Part shown: in pieces, positions 48,152 to 58,762 of the stretch
How the letters are laid out: each line of letters begins with the position of its first letter
Position numbering within the stretch: position 1 is the stretch's first letter
Source of the DNA: Patescibacteria group bacterium
GTDB taxonomy: Bacteria > Patescibacteriota > Minisyncoccia > UBA6257 > 2-01-FULL-56-20
Direction: 5' to 3'
DNA: 64,000 nt
NCBI GenBank assembly: GCA_018971305.1
Contig: JAGXBC010000003.1
Coordinates: 156,325-220,324 of the forward strand
The notes under the pieces: model-generated
The model's database searches: none
What the model was told of the DNA's origin: nothing
The model's input: the letters and a program-made list of their open reading frames with translations, nothing else
Program-made: the position numbers and the translations under genes

Positions 48152-49087
48152 TTATTTTAAGGACTGTGCTCCGGAGGTGACCTCTATAATTTCCCTCGTA
48201 ATGGACGCCTGGCGCGATTTATTATAGACGACATTAAGATTCTCAGAAAGGTCACGGGCATTGTCCGAGGCGTTTTTCATCGCCATACGCCGCGCGGAGT
48301 GTTCGGAAGCATTTGCCTCCAGAATCATATGGTAGATGCGGGTTTTGAGTAGCGCCGGCGCGAGTTTTTCTAATACTTCTTTCGGCGACGGTTCAATAAT
48401 GTACTCACGCTCTTTTTCTTCAAAGAACGATTCGGACTTCGCGTAATCGGAATATCGTCCAGCGCGCGGTATAGTTTCCTCTACGGATTGCTTGATCGCT
48501 TCGTAACTTATCGGAAGAAATTCGCGAGCGACCGCATCCTGGCGAAGCGCAGTCACAAAAGTAGTAAAGAATACGACGACGCTGTCAAAATTCTGCTTGA
48601 GATAACCCTGGACCAAAAAATCGGCTACGGGCTCCGCCTCTTCTGGTTTTGTGAAATCTCCGACTCGCGTAAAACTTCCTATAACCGGCAATTTACGACG
48701 GTCAAAATAAATTTTTGCTTTCTGACCGATTGCAACAAATGAATATTTCGGATTTGCAAGATCAATGTTCTCGGATTTCACGTATTGTTCAAATTTGCGG
48801 ATGACCGCGCCGTTAAAAGAACCGGCCAGACCCTTATCGGAAGCCACGATTAAGAAAACTGTTTTCTTGACGGGCCGGGGCAAAAGAATTTTAGGAAGCG
48901 GCACGTCTTTAAGGTTGGAGAGGATTCCCAGAAGCTCAAGGGCAGTATAGGAATACGGGCGCGAAGTTAGGGCTAATTCCTGGCTGCGGCGCATCTTTGT
49001 GGCGGCCACAAGTTCCATCGCTTTCGTGATGGTTCCGATGTTTTGGACGCTCTTCATGCGCCGTTTAAGACTTTGTCCAGATTCCAT
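48152..49087 (-). CDS. atpG: F1 ATP synthase gamma subunit
   Basis: Conserved N- and C-terminal gamma helices. Confidence 0.9.
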   Translation of the reverse strand: MESGQSLKRRMKSVQNIGTITKAMELVAATKMRRSQELALTSRPYSYTALELLGILSNLKDVPLPKILLPRPVKKTVFLIVASDKGLAGSFNGAVIRKFEQYVKSENIDLANPKYSFVAIGQKAKIYFDRRKLPVIGSFTRVGDFTKPEEAEPVADFLVQGYLKQNFDSVVVFFTTFVTALRQDAVAREFLPISYEAIKQSVEETIPRAGRYSDYAKSESFFEEKEREYIIEPSPKEVLEKLAPALLKTRIYHMILEANASEHSARRMAMKNASDNARDLSENLNVVYNKSRQASITREIIEVTSGAQSLK

Positions 49088-49088
49088 A

Positions 49089-50615
49089 TTATCTTTCCAT
49101 GAAGCGCGTTATCGCTTCTTTTAATTTTTGTTCCGTCGCTTCGGAAAAATCGCCGGTATCCCGAATCGGCTTTAAGATATCGCTTTCGTGGAGTTTCTCC
49201 AGATACTCCAAAAGTTCTCCCTCGGTTTTTTTAACGTCTTCTACGGCAACCTTCTCAAAATAATTATTAAGGACGGCGTAGAACACGCACACCTGTTTTT
49301 CAAAAGGTACCGGTGCCAGGTCTTCCTGTTTTAATATTTCATTTATTTTTTGCCCTTGAAGGATTTTTTTTCTGGTTCCCTCGTCGACATCCGTGGCAAA
49401 TTGAGCGAATGCTTGAAGTTCATGGAATTGCGCATGGGCAAGCCTCAATTTACCGGCCACTTTCTTCATAGCTTTTGTTTGCGCAGCGGATCCCACGCGC
49501 GATACGGAAATTCCCACGTTCAAAGCCGGGCGAAGGCCTTGGTAAAATAAATCGCTCTCCAAATAAATTTGCCCGTCCGTTATGGAAATTATGTTTGTTG
49601 GAATATAGGCAGTGACATCACCAAGCTGGGTTTCCACTATAGGAAGCGCTGTAAGCGACCCGCCGCCTTTTTCCTTGGAAAGCTTAGCGGCGCGTTCCAA
49701 AAGCCTGGAATGCAAGTAGAAGATATCTCCAGGGTACGCTTCGCGGCCAGGCGGTCTGCGCAATAAGAGCGAAATCTGCCGATAGGCCCAAGCGTGTTTG
49801 GAAAGGTCGTCATAAATAACGAGTGCGTCTTCACCCTTATCTCTGAAATATTCTCCGATAGCGCAGCCGGCGTAGGGCGCAAGATACCAAGAGGCCGCCG
49901 GTGATGAAGCTGACGCAGAAATAATAATACTGTATTTCAAGGCGTTGAATTTTTTGAGAGTTTCCGCAATCTTTACGATTTTTGATTCTTTTTGGCCGAT
50001 AGCGACATAAATACATATAGGCGGCTTATGGTTCTTGTCGTGCGATTGGTTAAGAATGGTATCCAGTACGAGAGCGGTTTTGCCCACCTGCCGGTCGCCG
50101 ATCACTAGTTCGCGCTGTCCGCGGCCGATAGGAATCATGGAATCAATGGCTTTGAGGCCGGTGTGAAGCGGCGTGTTCACCGATTCACGCTCCAAGACCG
50201 ACGGCGCTCGCGCTTCCATTGGATTGCGTTGGGGCTTGGTTCCTGCTTTAAAAATATCCCCCTTGCCGTCCTGAGGTTTTCCTAATGGGTCTATAACGCG
50301 GCCGATCAATTCTTCCCCTACTTCAATAGAAAGAACCTGGCCCGTCCTTTTAACGATATTACCGACCTCTATGGATAAAAAATCATCCAGAACTAAGGCG
50401 CCGATGGATTCTTCTTCAAGGTTCAGGGCAAGAGCGCTTCTTGGACCCTTGGGGGTTTCTATGGTCAAAATTTCCTGGCTTACAGCGCTGCGAAGACCAA
50501 GGATCTTTATAATGCCATCGCCGACTTCAAGAACGCGGCCAACTTCATCCCATTCGGCTTTCTCTTTATATCCCTCTATCTCGCGTTTTAATTTTTCTAT
50601 GATTTCGTATGACAC
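49089..50615 (-). CDS. atpA: F1 ATP synthase alpha subunit
   Basis: GDRQVGKT P-loop. Confidence 0.95.
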   Translation of the reverse strand: MSYEIIEKLKREIEGYKEKAEWDEVGRVLEVGDGIIKILGLRSAVSQEILTIETPKGPRSALALNLEEESIGALVLDDFLSIEVGNIVKRTGQVLSIEVGEELIGRVIDPLGKPQDGKGDIFKAGTKPQRNPMEARAPSVLERESVNTPLHTGLKAIDSMIPIGRGQRELVIGDRQVGKTALVLDTILNQSHDKNHKPPICIYVAIGQKESKIVKIAETLKKFNALKYSIIISASASSPAASWYLAPYAGCAIGEYFRDKGEDALVIYDDLSKHAWAYRQISLLLRRPPGREAYPGDIFYLHSRLLERAAKLSKEKGGGSLTALPIVETQLGDVTAYIPTNIISITDGQIYLESDLFYQGLRPALNVGISVSRVGSAAQTKAMKKVAGKLRLAHAQFHELQAFAQFATDVDEGTRKKILQGQKINEILKQEDLAPVPFEKQVCVFYAVLNNYFEKVAVEDVKKTEGELLEYLEKLHESDILKPIRDTGDFSEATEQKLKEAITRFMER

Positions 50616-50619
50616 GGTT

Positions 50620-50997
50620 TTATATTGTAAAAACTGAATCTAATTTACCCTTAAGAGAGCCGTCGAAAATCTTCTCGTCGTTTATAAACACCCGGATTCC
50701 CGCAACCAGCTCCGGAACAATCTTTTCCTGCACAACGTCACCCTCTTTTATAAAACTGGCTGTTTCTTTTTTTTGTTTTGAAGTGAGCGTCCGCGCTGAT
50801 TCGATTATAACCTTGCGGATGCCTGCTTTACCACGGGCGAAACGGGCAGCTTCTTCAACTATCTTCTGTGCATGCACCTCGTCGCCGTTCTTCCGTAAAA
50901 GCGCAGAAAAATTTTTTACGATAACTTCTGCATCCACGCCCGGGGTTGTTATCACTTCTGCTAAAGCTTTCGCATAAATGTGAGCGGGATATTTCAT
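50620..50997 (-). CDS. atpH: F1 ATP synthase delta (OSCP) subunit, short
   Basis: Position between atpF and atpA; OSCP-like sequence. Confidence 0.7.
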   Translation of the reverse strand: MKYPAHIYAKALAEVITTPGVDAEVIVKNFSALLRKNGDEVHAQKIVEEAARFARGKAGIRKVIIESARTLTSKQKKETASFIKEGDVVQEKIVPELVAGIRVFINDEKIFDGSLKGKLDSVFTI

Positions 50998-51497
50998 ACG
51001 ATATGTTTCATTTCTTTTACCGATTTTTCTATCAGAGCATCGTCGATTTTTTCGGGCGATAACTCAACCGTCCGCACAATCGCCCTCTTAATAAGCAATG
51101 CTGCCTCTTTTTCTATCGCCAAATGGGCAGCTTGTTCCCTGGCGTGGAGAATTGCCTCTAAATTTTTAAACTCTTCGGCACCCTTGCGTTTTGCCTCTGC
51201 AAACATTTCCGCCTCCAGTTTCCTCGCGTCAACTTCTGTTTTTTTAAGGATGTTCAGGGCTTGAGATTCGGCATCCTTAATTTTACCTTTGCCGATGATA
51301 TCTACTTCGGCAAGACGCTTATCAGCTTCGTCCGCTTTCATCAGGCCTTCTTCAATCCTCGCACGCCTATCATGCAAAAGCTTTAACAGCGGCTTATAGA
51401 TAAAGACGCGCAGAACGACGAGTAGTATGAAAAAATTGACCGCCTGGCTCAAAAGCAGGTGCCAATCAATTCCTAACTGGTCAAAAAGCTGTTGCAT
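50994..51497 (-). CDS. atpF: Fo ATP synthase subunit b
   Basis: N-terminal TM helix plus a long charged helix. Confidence 0.85.
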   Translation of the reverse strand: MQQLFDQLGIDWHLLLSQAVNFFILLVVLRVFIYKPLLKLLHDRRARIEEGLMKADEADKRLAEVDIIGKGKIKDAESQALNILKKTEVDARKLEAEMFAEAKRKGAEEFKNLEAILHAREQAAHLAIEKEAALLIKRAIVRTVELSPEKIDDALIEKSVKEMKHIV

Positions 51498-51506
51498 GAA
51501 ACTTTC

Positions 51507-51758
<252 letters not shown>

Positions 51759-51782
51759 TTATGCGACCTTTCTCGTTTTAAT

Positions 51783-52523
51783 TTAATGTTCATCTCCGTG
51801 AGTAACAACCGCCATAGCCACGAAAACCAGGGTTAACATTCCGAAAATGAATGCCTGAATAAATCCAACGAATATCTCCAGGAACATAAACGGTAGTGGC
51901 ACTAGGTATGGTACTAAAAAGGCCATGATGGCCAATAATACTTCGCCCGCGAATACATTCCCAAAGAGACGGAAGGAGAACGAAATAATTTTAGCAAATT
52001 CTGAGATAAGTTCAAGGATGCCCACAAAAAAATCTATCGGGCCTTTAAAATTAAAGAATACCGAGAGGCGGGATTTCAACCCGACTGCCGCAATCCCGAA
52101 TATATTCACGAACGTGACTACGATAAGCGCAAGAGCCAAAGTAAAGTTAAGGTCGCTCGCAGGAGAACGCAAAAGCGGCACCACTTCTCCGCCGACCCCT
52201 TTAACAACGATAGAACCGACTCCGGGCAGAAGTCCCAGCCAGTTGGAACAAAGCACGAAAAGGAAAACTGTAAAGACCAAGGGGAGATATTTCTCCGAAC
52301 TTTTACGGTTGCCGAGAACTGAATCCATGAGCGTAAGTGCGCCGCCGACGACGAGTTCCATAATATTCTGTCCGGCGTTTGGGACAAACGCGAGTTTGCT
52401 ACGCAAGGTTATCGCGAGAACAGCAAGAAGCACCAAGGCAACTCCGGACAAAAGCACGGCATTTGTGACCGGAAAGCTACCGATATGAAAAATTTGTTCA
52501 GCGCGAAGTGAGATTTGAAGCAT
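51783..52523 (-). CDS. atpB: Fo ATP synthase subunit a
   Basis: Polytopic protein with the conserved Arg-containing helix (…SFSFRLFGNVFAGE…). Confidence 0.9.
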   Translation of the reverse strand: MLQISLRAEQIFHIGSFPVTNAVLLSGVALVLLAVLAITLRSKLAFVPNAGQNIMELVVGGALTLMDSVLGNRKSSEKYLPLVFTVFLFVLCSNWLGLLPGVGSIVVKGVGGEVVPLLRSPASDLNFTLALALIVVTFVNIFGIAAVGLKSRLSVFFNFKGPIDFFVGILELISEFAKIISFSFRLFGNVFAGEVLLAIMAFLVPYLVPLPFMFLEIFVGFIQAFIFGMLTLVFVAMAVVTHGDEH

Positions 52524-52552
52524 TTTAAATAAAGTTCATTAAAAAAATAGTC

Positions 52553-52981
52553 TTAAACGATCGCCGCCAAATTACCGTTCAAACAAATCGGGTCCATAGC
52601 TTCTATCTCATCCATATAAGGAAGCCCCGCAGGCATTCCGTTAAGGAAAAATATCTTTTTGTGGTTCACGTAGGCCTGTCCCATTTCCATAAGAACGTTG
52701 CCGCCGATATAATTTTTTACCCCGTTTTTGTCCAAGTTAACGCAAATCACGGCATCGCTCGCCAAGATATTGGCGTAATGCTCCCGTAAATAATTATTCT
52801 CGCGCTTGATGGCGGCCCGCTCTCCCCTGCGCCATTTTTCTACGATGTCTTGTTTTTCACCGCGTACGAACGCTTCATAGTCCGGATGAATCCAGCCGTC
52901 ATATCCAAAGCTGCATAATTTATTTTTGCAATCAACCATTTCTTTATAAAAATGGCTGCTGCCGAGAACGTAAATCTTCAT
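52553..52981 (-). CDS. nucleoside 2-deoxyribosyltransferase-like (Rossmann-like) protein
   Basis: MKIYVLGS … GGNVLMEMGQAY pattern. Confidence 0.45.
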   Translation of the reverse strand: MKIYVLGSSHFYKEMVDCKNKLCSFGYDGWIHPDYEAFVRGEKQDIVEKWRRGERAAIKRENNYLREHYANILASDAVICVNLDKNGVKNYIGGNVLMEMGQAYVNHKKIFFLNGMPAGLPYMDEIEAMDPICLNGNLAAIV

Positions 52982-53052
52982 GAATTATATTTTAAAGTAT
53001 TTCCCGACAAATAAAAAGGACCATTAAATGGTCCCAATAATTTTCTAAATCT

Positions 53053-53393
53053 TTACGCGCCGACCGTATTAAGTTCGTGACAGGCTTTTCCGCCATCGGC
53101 CGGAACATATTTTTTGCCGCAGGGACATTCTTTTGGAATCAAGCCGCAAACCTCGGCTACGTGTTCCACCCAATCAGTCCAAGCAGCCCCTACCATATCC
53201 CAATAACTGTCGCTTTTCCAGCCGCAGGAACATTCTATCCGATCGCTTATTCCTTTTCCATATCTTTCCCAATATGCTCAGGCGCCGCAGCATGTTTCAC
53301 AACGTTAAACGCCTCATTATATTTTTCGGCATTGGAGAAAAGACCTCCTTTTTTAAGAGCCTCTCTGGCCATTCGAAAAACATTCTTGTACAT
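53053..53393 (-). pseudogene. small SEC-C-motif (YchJ-like) Cys-rich protein, apparently split by a 1-nt frameshift near a T4/A4 run (53254-53257)
   Basis: GGAGG 8 nt upstream of the ATG at 53393. A 48-aa ORF plus a second frame ending …KECPCGKKYVPADGGKACHE… at 53053. Neither piece is in the supplied ORF track; both were translated by hand. Confidence 0.4.
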
Positions 53394-53461
53394 TGGCCAA
53401 CCTCCACTCTATTTTTATTAACTAAAACGATATTAGCATATCTAATTCGCTGGTTGCAAGA

Positions 53462-53905
53462 TTATCTTCTTTTCCGCAAAAATTCGCTGACCAATTTACG
53501 CCCGACGGGATTTATCGTATTCGGCGGTTCGCCGGATAAATATTGTTCAATGGTAAACCATTTCCATCCGGAAAATTTTTCCGGTTCCATAAGCTTCGGC
53601 TCCCGCTCAGTTGTGCAAAAAAATATCGGTACGACGTAGCCCTCTTTCGCTCCCGGAATTTCTCCGATAAAATCCTCTATTCTAAAATCGGTCACGCCAA
53701 TCTCTTCTTTAACCTCCCGCCTTAATGTTTCTTCTATTGTCTCGCCGGCATCGCACCTGCCGCCCGGTGTTGTCCAAACAGAAATATCTTTCCATTTTTC
53801 CTTCGTGTAATTTCTTAATCCGAGCAAAATATTGTTGCCCTTAACAATTATCGCCGACGGGCAAATTGAAGTATTCCCGATTTTTGCAAGTTGGTCTTTT
53901 AACAT
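53462..53905 (-). CDS. NUDIX hydrolase
   Basis: Nudix box GGRCDAGETIEETLRREVKEEIG. Confidence 0.85.
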   Translation of the reverse strand: MLKDQLAKIGNTSICPSAIIVKGNNILLGLRNYTKEKWKDISVWTTPGGRCDAGETIEETLRREVKEEIGVTDFRIEDFIGEIPGAKEGYVVPIFFCTTEREPKLMEPEKFSGWKWFTIEQYLSGEPPNTINPVGRKLVSEFLRKRR

Positions 53906-53931
53906 TTACCTGATTCTTTATAACCTACTTC

Positions 53932-54576
53932 CTATTGAGTCGGTTCAAAAGCTGTAAGGCCGTGAACCAGATTATCCACTTCTTCCCATCCTATACGGGA
54001 ATCGTAATTATATCTGGCAGGAAGTGCTAAAACATATTTTGAGTTTTGCCCAAGAACCGAAGGAGGGATAGGCGCGGCACTCACCGCCAGTTTTTCCTGG
54101 AACACAAGATTCCACTCATCCGGAGTAAACACCATAATCGGCATATCTTCGCGCGGAGTGGAATCCGTCCAATCTGGATGCCGAAGTATAATCAACGGAC
54201 CGTGGGTTGTAGGAGTATTATCTCCTGCGCCATCCGTCGACCATCCATCCCAATTTTTCTCTAAAATAGAATAGCCTTTCCAGGAATCGGCAAGCGGAAT
54301 GGAAAATCCATACTGGCTGTTAACATATTGCACGTTTGAATCTTTAACACAGGTGCCACCGACATCTCCAAAAGGCAAATGCGAACCTGGTTCCGGAGCG
54401 CAGTGAAAGCCGCTCGCGCAAACAGGAGCAGTCGTCATGTTGCCGCCGCAACGCTCTCCCTCACCTGCAACATGCGCGAAGGTATTCGTGTTCGCATTCT
54501 TATTTACGAAAATCATATATCCCCCGATGAACACAACAACCGCAACCGATATAACAATTTGTATTTTTTTATTCAT
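53932..54576 (-). CDS. hypothetical secreted protein
   Basis: N-terminal signal/TM; several Cys. Confidence 0.5.
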   Translation of the reverse strand: MNKKIQIVISVAVVVFIGGYMIFVNKNANTNTFAHVAGEGERCGGNMTTAPVCASGFHCAPEPGSHLPFGDVGGTCVKDSNVQYVNSQYGFSIPLADSWKGYSILEKNWDGWSTDGAGDNTPTTHGPLIILRHPDWTDSTPREDMPIMVFTPDEWNLVFQEKLAVSAAPIPPSVLGQNSKYVLALPARYNYDSRIGWEEVDNLVHGLTAFEPTQ

Positions 54577-54622
54577 GTTTCATCATGATAACACGGATTA
54601 AAACTAATTTCAGCACCTTTTC

Positions 54623-55711
54623 CTAATTTTTGATAGTAAAATCCAACTGCTTTCCAGGGATACCTTTGGATTTACCGTATTCGATGGCATCTTTCCAGGT
54701 AGTCTTATCGGAATACCTAATATTGAAATTTTTATCTTTAAAAACAACAATCACTTCATCTTTGCCTGGCTGCCAAAAATGCATGTACCATGGGCCATCG
54801 TTCAGGTATTCCCCCAGTTTTTCTATTTGTTTTTCATTTACCGATACGTCGTTAAGAAACCAATCTTCCATCATATACTTCTTTATAATTTTTAATTTAT
54901 CCAGGATAGCTTTGTCGTTCAAACTGTTCTCAATAATAGTTCCTTGGTAAGAGGCCTCGCCGTTTTCCGGCAACGACAGCGTGCAGAGATCATATCTTTT
55001 CTGGAGCATTTCTACGGTCTCATGAAGTTTGTCGTACTTATCCTTCATATCCTCCGAAAACTCTACGATCTTGTTGATGTTCTCATTTTCCTTCAACCCT
55101 TCCAAAATTTTATCCGTTGCCATTTCTTGTGCCTTATCTCTCGGCAAATTGCGAACCATCTCTTGCAGCTCTTTCTTTTTTTGGTCAAGTAATGTCTTTA
55201 TGTCATCGCACTTCTGCGAATCGTTTTTATCTGTATTCTTATTTTTGTTTTTTAGTTTTAGTCCCAGCCCTCCGGCAACCAAGGCCACGAACGCGACAAT
55301 TCCGGCAATAAGAAAATTTGAATTTCCGGATGCCTGCGTGTTTGTGAGCAGGCCAGGCATAGCCGTTACGCTTGTCGTTGATTCAACTGTGTCAGTGGAG
55401 GACTGCAAAGAAGTTGGGCGGGGAGGAGTGGATGAAACGGAGCGTGGTAAGACCTGTACCGGAGCAGCAATACCCGTAGCCGTAGTATTCTGTGGCAGTT
55501 GAGCGGTCGGATTAACTGAGGAGCTCACACCGGCTGGAGCTGGCGCGCTTGAAAGCATGCTACTTGTAGCTTCTGCTGGTAAACCGGTACTTGTTTGTGC
55601 CTGCGCCAAAAGAACTGGGGCGATTACAAAAGTTGCGACGGATAAGCAAATAGTTTGGTATGGTCTATATTTCACTATAATCAATTCGTGGATACTGAAC
55701 TTTATACTCAC
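54623..55711 (-). CDS. hypothetical single-pass membrane protein with Ser/Thr/Pro-rich extracellular linker and charged cytoplasmic coiled-coil
   Basis: Signal-like N-terminus, central TM segment (FLIAGIVAFVALVAGGLGL), K/E-rich C-terminus. Confidence 0.5.
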   Translation of the reverse strand: MSIKFSIHELIIVKYRPYQTICLSVATFVIAPVLLAQAQTSTGLPAEATSSMLSSAPAPAGVSSSVNPTAQLPQNTTATGIAAPVQVLPRSVSSTPPRPTSLQSSTDTVESTTSVTAMPGLLTNTQASGNSNFLIAGIVAFVALVAGGLGLKLKNKNKNTDKNDSQKCDDIKTLLDQKKKELQEMVRNLPRDKAQEMATDKILEGLKENENINKIVEFSEDMKDKYDKLHETVEMLQKRYDLCTLSLPENGEASYQGTIIENSLNDKAILDKLKIIKKYMMEDWFLNDVSVNEKQIEKLGEYLNDGPWYMHFWQPGKDEVIVVFKDKNFNIRYSDKTTWKDAIEYGKSKGIPGKQLDFTIKN

Positions 55712-56195
55712 AGACCTTTACGCCATCAACCCCTGGTGGATTATTGATAGGAACTAAAACAAATCCATCTTTATCAAAATCAAAAGGCCTGATGCCTTCA
55801 CCGATAGCCGCCGGAACTTCGTGTAAAATAATATTCTTTACGAAACCGTTCTTTAATAAATAATTATTAAGCGTTGGGCCGCTGGACACGAGCGCATCCG
55901 GCTCCAGTGCAAATGCTTCTTCTGGGGAATGTACAACGATATAATCTTTCTTCGGATGGAAATCCCTATCGCCGCTTACTACTATCTTTTTAATTGGCAA
56001 TTTTCCGAACGAACCCAACAATTCTTTGCTATACGCCTGAATAGTATCATATGTTTTCCTGCCGACTATTAATGTTCCGTGCTCCCGGCAGATATCAAGA
56101 AAATTCTGCCACAGATTATCTGGGATAAAATCTTCCCCACCATTTTTTCTGGCGATAAATCCGTCAGATGAAATTACGTTATATAGAGTTAGCAT
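55665..56195 (-). CDS. dihydrofolate reductase-like protein (RibD C-terminal domain family)
   Basis: MLTLYNVISSDGFIA… pattern of the DHFR-like fold. Confidence 0.65.
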   Translation of the reverse strand: MLTLYNVISSDGFIARKNGGEDFIPDNLWQNFLDICREHGTLIVGRKTYDTIQAYSKELLGSFGKLPIKKIVVSGDRDFHPKKDYIVVHSPEEAFALEPDALVSSGPTLNNYLLKNGFVKNIILHEVPAAIGEGIRPFDFDKDGFVLVPINNPPGVDGVKVCEYKVQYPRIDYSEI

Positions 56196-56206
56196 TTCTC
56201 GGATCT

Positions 56207-57031
56207 CTACGGCTGCAAAACACCCTCCGTTTTGCCGTTTATGGAAATTACAACGTTCTGGACAGCGGAAAACTGCTTCAGAGTATTCTCTATCTCATTT
56301 CTGATAGCCGTAACACGGCAGGAGCCGGCGACGGATTGCTGGAGTGCTTGGTTAAAATCAACTTTCGCCGTGCCATTAGCAATCGTTAAGCTCTGAATTT
56401 TTACGCCGGGATTAATACTGGTTAAATATCCCAAATTATCTTCTTCTGCCGTCGGACCACTCAATAATTCCTCAAGCGCGGCTCGCGCCGGCGCCTGAGT
56501 TTTTGGAATCATCCTGTAAGCCGGATACATAACATCACACTCGCTCCCCTGTTCGGCGTACTTGCTGCCGAAAAATACTTTAACTACTTGCGAATCGCTG
56601 GAAGTCGCGGCGAAGCTAATTGGAACTATCACAAAATTTTCGTTCTCCGGCAAACCAGAGGGATTATCTTTGGCGAGTATTATCGTGCCATTCGCGGAAT
56701 CGGGCTGAGCAAAACCAACCACTGCCTCAAACGGAACCGTGCCAGTAGTCATCCAGGCGCCGATAGCCGTCGCGGGCGACGCCCCCAAAACCGTTCCATC
56801 TTGGTCAACTATTTTTACCGGGAACGACCCTTCAAAAAACCAGCTGCCTTTCGCCTGCCCCTTAACGATAATCGGCGAAGAAATAGTATCTTTGGCCTGA
56901 GGCGAGAAAATCTTGGCATCTTCCCCTGTTGGCAACTGGGAAATGATTGGCCTCTTAGGCACCGGCACGAACAAAAGTATTACAAGGAGAACAAAGATTA
57001 CCACCGCAAGAATTATAGCTACTTTTTTCAT
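56207..57031 (-). CDS. GerMN-domain lipoprotein/secreted protein (with Gmad2-like Ig domain)
   Basis: N-terminal TM; a segment typical of GerMN domains. Confidence 0.55.
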   Translation of the reverse strand: MKKVAIILAVVIFVLLVILLFVPVPKRPIISQLPTGEDAKIFSPQAKDTISSPIIVKGQAKGSWFFEGSFPVKIVDQDGTVLGASPATAIGAWMTTGTVPFEAVVGFAQPDSANGTIILAKDNPSGLPENENFVIVPISFAATSSDSQVVKVFFGSKYAEQGSECDVMYPAYRMIPKTQAPARAALEELLSGPTAEEDNLGYLTSINPGVKIQSLTIANGTAKVDFNQALQQSVAGSCRVTAIRNEIENTLKQFSAVQNVVISINGKTEGVLQP

Positions 57032-57042
57032 AAATAATTTTG

Positions 57043-57417
57043 CTATTTTAGCAGGACACCATCTTTTTTAAGTATCTCTATCTTGCGCCGCGCTCCGCGG
57101 TTATAGCCGCCAGCCATTCCATCTGAACGAATCACCCTATGACAGGGAATTTTTGGATCATGATTTTTCTTCAAAATATTCCCGACCGCGCGATAAGCCA
57201 AACGATTGCCAGCCCGGCGCGCGATTTCTTTATACGTTGAAACCTGGCCGCGGGGAATTTTTGCGACAACGGCTAGAACCCTACGTTGAAAATTTGCGCT
57301 TTTGCCCTTCATGCTTATCGGAGATTTTTGTTTTTGATATTTGTAAATACTTGCGATAGCGGAAAGTTGCCTACGTCCGATATGCCGGGGAATCTTGACG
57401 ACCGCCAACCTTCGCAT
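57043..57417 (-). CDS. ogt: methylated-DNA--protein-cysteine methyltransferase (DNA-binding/active-site domain)
   Basis: PCHRVIRSDG active-site motif. Confidence 0.85.
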   Translation of the reverse strand: MRRLAVVKIPRHIGRRQLSAIASIYKYQKQKSPISMKGKSANFQRRVLAVVAKIPRGQVSTYKEIARRAGNRLAYRAVGNILKKNHDPKIPCHRVIRSDGMAGGYNRGARRKIEILKKDGVLLK

Positions 57418-57438
57418 AGTTCTTCATTTTTCACCACC

Positions 57439-57666
57439 TCAAGAACTGAAGGCCTTATCAAGCAAACCCTTTCTTTTACTAACGAAAAAAATATAAACGA
57501 TTTCCAAAACGGCCGCGGTGTTTAATATCAGCATCACTATAAACCACCATTTGTCCCGCAAACGCGCCGCTTTCCACAAAGCTACTCCCTTCCAGGGCAG
57601 GGTCCAGGCTATCATTAGAAATATGAACCAATTATTTTGTACCAAGGGTAGAAATGATTGAAACAT
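57439..57666 (-). CDS. small two-TM membrane protein (PLD-N-like LWKAAR…KWWF motif)
   Basis: 75 aa with two hydrophobic helices. Confidence 0.45.
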   Translation of the reverse strand: MFQSFLPLVQNNWFIFLMIAWTLPWKGVALWKAARLRDKWWFIVMLILNTAAVLEIVYIFFVSKRKGLLDKAFSS

Positions 57667-57752
57667 TTTTATGGATAAATTTCGGCGACCTTTAACCTAA
57701 GATTCTGTTATGTAAATTATAGTTCCGCGCTTTCCTGCGGGCAAACTTGATT

Positions 57753-58649
57753 TTACCCCGAGACACACTGATTAAAAGCCGAAACCTCAGTGTTATATTG
57801 AGAAATCATCTGCTTGGTCTGAGCAACTAAATCGTTATACTGTGCGACAAGTGCGTTGTACTCGTCCACCGTGGCGTTGTAAGCCCGCCTGTCGCTTTTA
57901 TCCATCGTGTCCAATTGAGATTTAAGAATGGAAATTTGTGATTCCATGGATGTAAGCTGGCTTTCGCTGGCGGTTATTCTATCTTTAAGCGGCGAATCAA
58001 TCGCTGGGCAGGCCGAAACCGGTTTACCGAAAATCTGGACGGCTATCCAAGTTGATTCGCCTTCGTAAACCCCTTTGCGTACGGCCACGCCGATTTCACG
58101 ATAATTGACGTTCAAAATATTGGCGCGATGTCCGGGACTATTCATCCAGGCAATCACAACTTTTTCATCTCCGCCAAAATTTCCGAGCGCAAGATTCTCT
58201 CCGAGTTCAAGATAATCATAGCCCACGCTCGCCGCTACTGTTGTTACGCTATCGCCGCTCGGAGACACGTGCGCGAAATATTGTTTTTGGAACATATCGG
58301 CGAGGCGTTCTTCGGCAATCGTATCCAGTTGGGAATTTTCCGCAAGCGCGGGAAGCGCGCCGTTCTCCTGCCTTTGAATATTCGTCCAACTTATGACACC
58401 AGCAACAGTAAGAGAGTCAGAGGCGGACGTTTTTGCCGGAGAAACTGATGGCTCCGAAGAAGTCGGGGCTCTTAATGGTTCCGGTGTTGCTACCGTTTTT
58501 TTAATATTCTCAACCGCTGCCTTTATCGCAACTTGCTCGATATTGCCAAGCTTCGGGGAGAAATATTCGCTTATCGTTCCGCGAAAAATAAAAGCGCCGA
58601 CTAAAGCCGCTAAAATCGTTGAATAGAATATAAGCCTGGGCTTGTTCAT
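57753..58649 (-). CDS. CAP/SCP (PR-1-like) domain secreted protein with C-terminal coiled coil
   Basis: YFAHVSPSG … WMNSPGHRANIL CAP motifs. Confidence 0.75.
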   Translation of the reverse strand: MNKPRLIFYSTILAALVGAFIFRGTISEYFSPKLGNIEQVAIKAAVENIKKTVATPEPLRAPTSSEPSVSPAKTSASDSLTVAGVISWTNIQRQENGALPALAENSQLDTIAEERLADMFQKQYFAHVSPSGDSVTTVAASVGYDYLELGENLALGNFGGDEKVVIAWMNSPGHRANILNVNYREIGVAVRKGVYEGESTWIAVQIFGKPVSACPAIDSPLKDRITASESQLTSMESQISILKSQLDTMDKSDRRAYNATVDEYNALVAQYNDLVAQTKQMISQYNTEVSAFNQCVSG

Positions 58650-58762
58650 CTATTGAATTATAACAATTATGAAAACTTAACCTTGCGCGCATAGATTGAC
58701 AAATTTGTTCGGAATTGCAAGTATGGTTGCAGAGTTATTTATCAAAAATCAAGGAGTTAAAT

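Noticed and set aside
55665-55711. 47-nt overlap between the DHFR-like gene end and the 54623-55711 gene start as another frameshift
   Set aside because: Both ORFs have plausible independent starts and ends: a complete DHFR-like domain, and a signal-peptide-like N-terminus on the downstream protein. No homopolymer-based fusion is evident.
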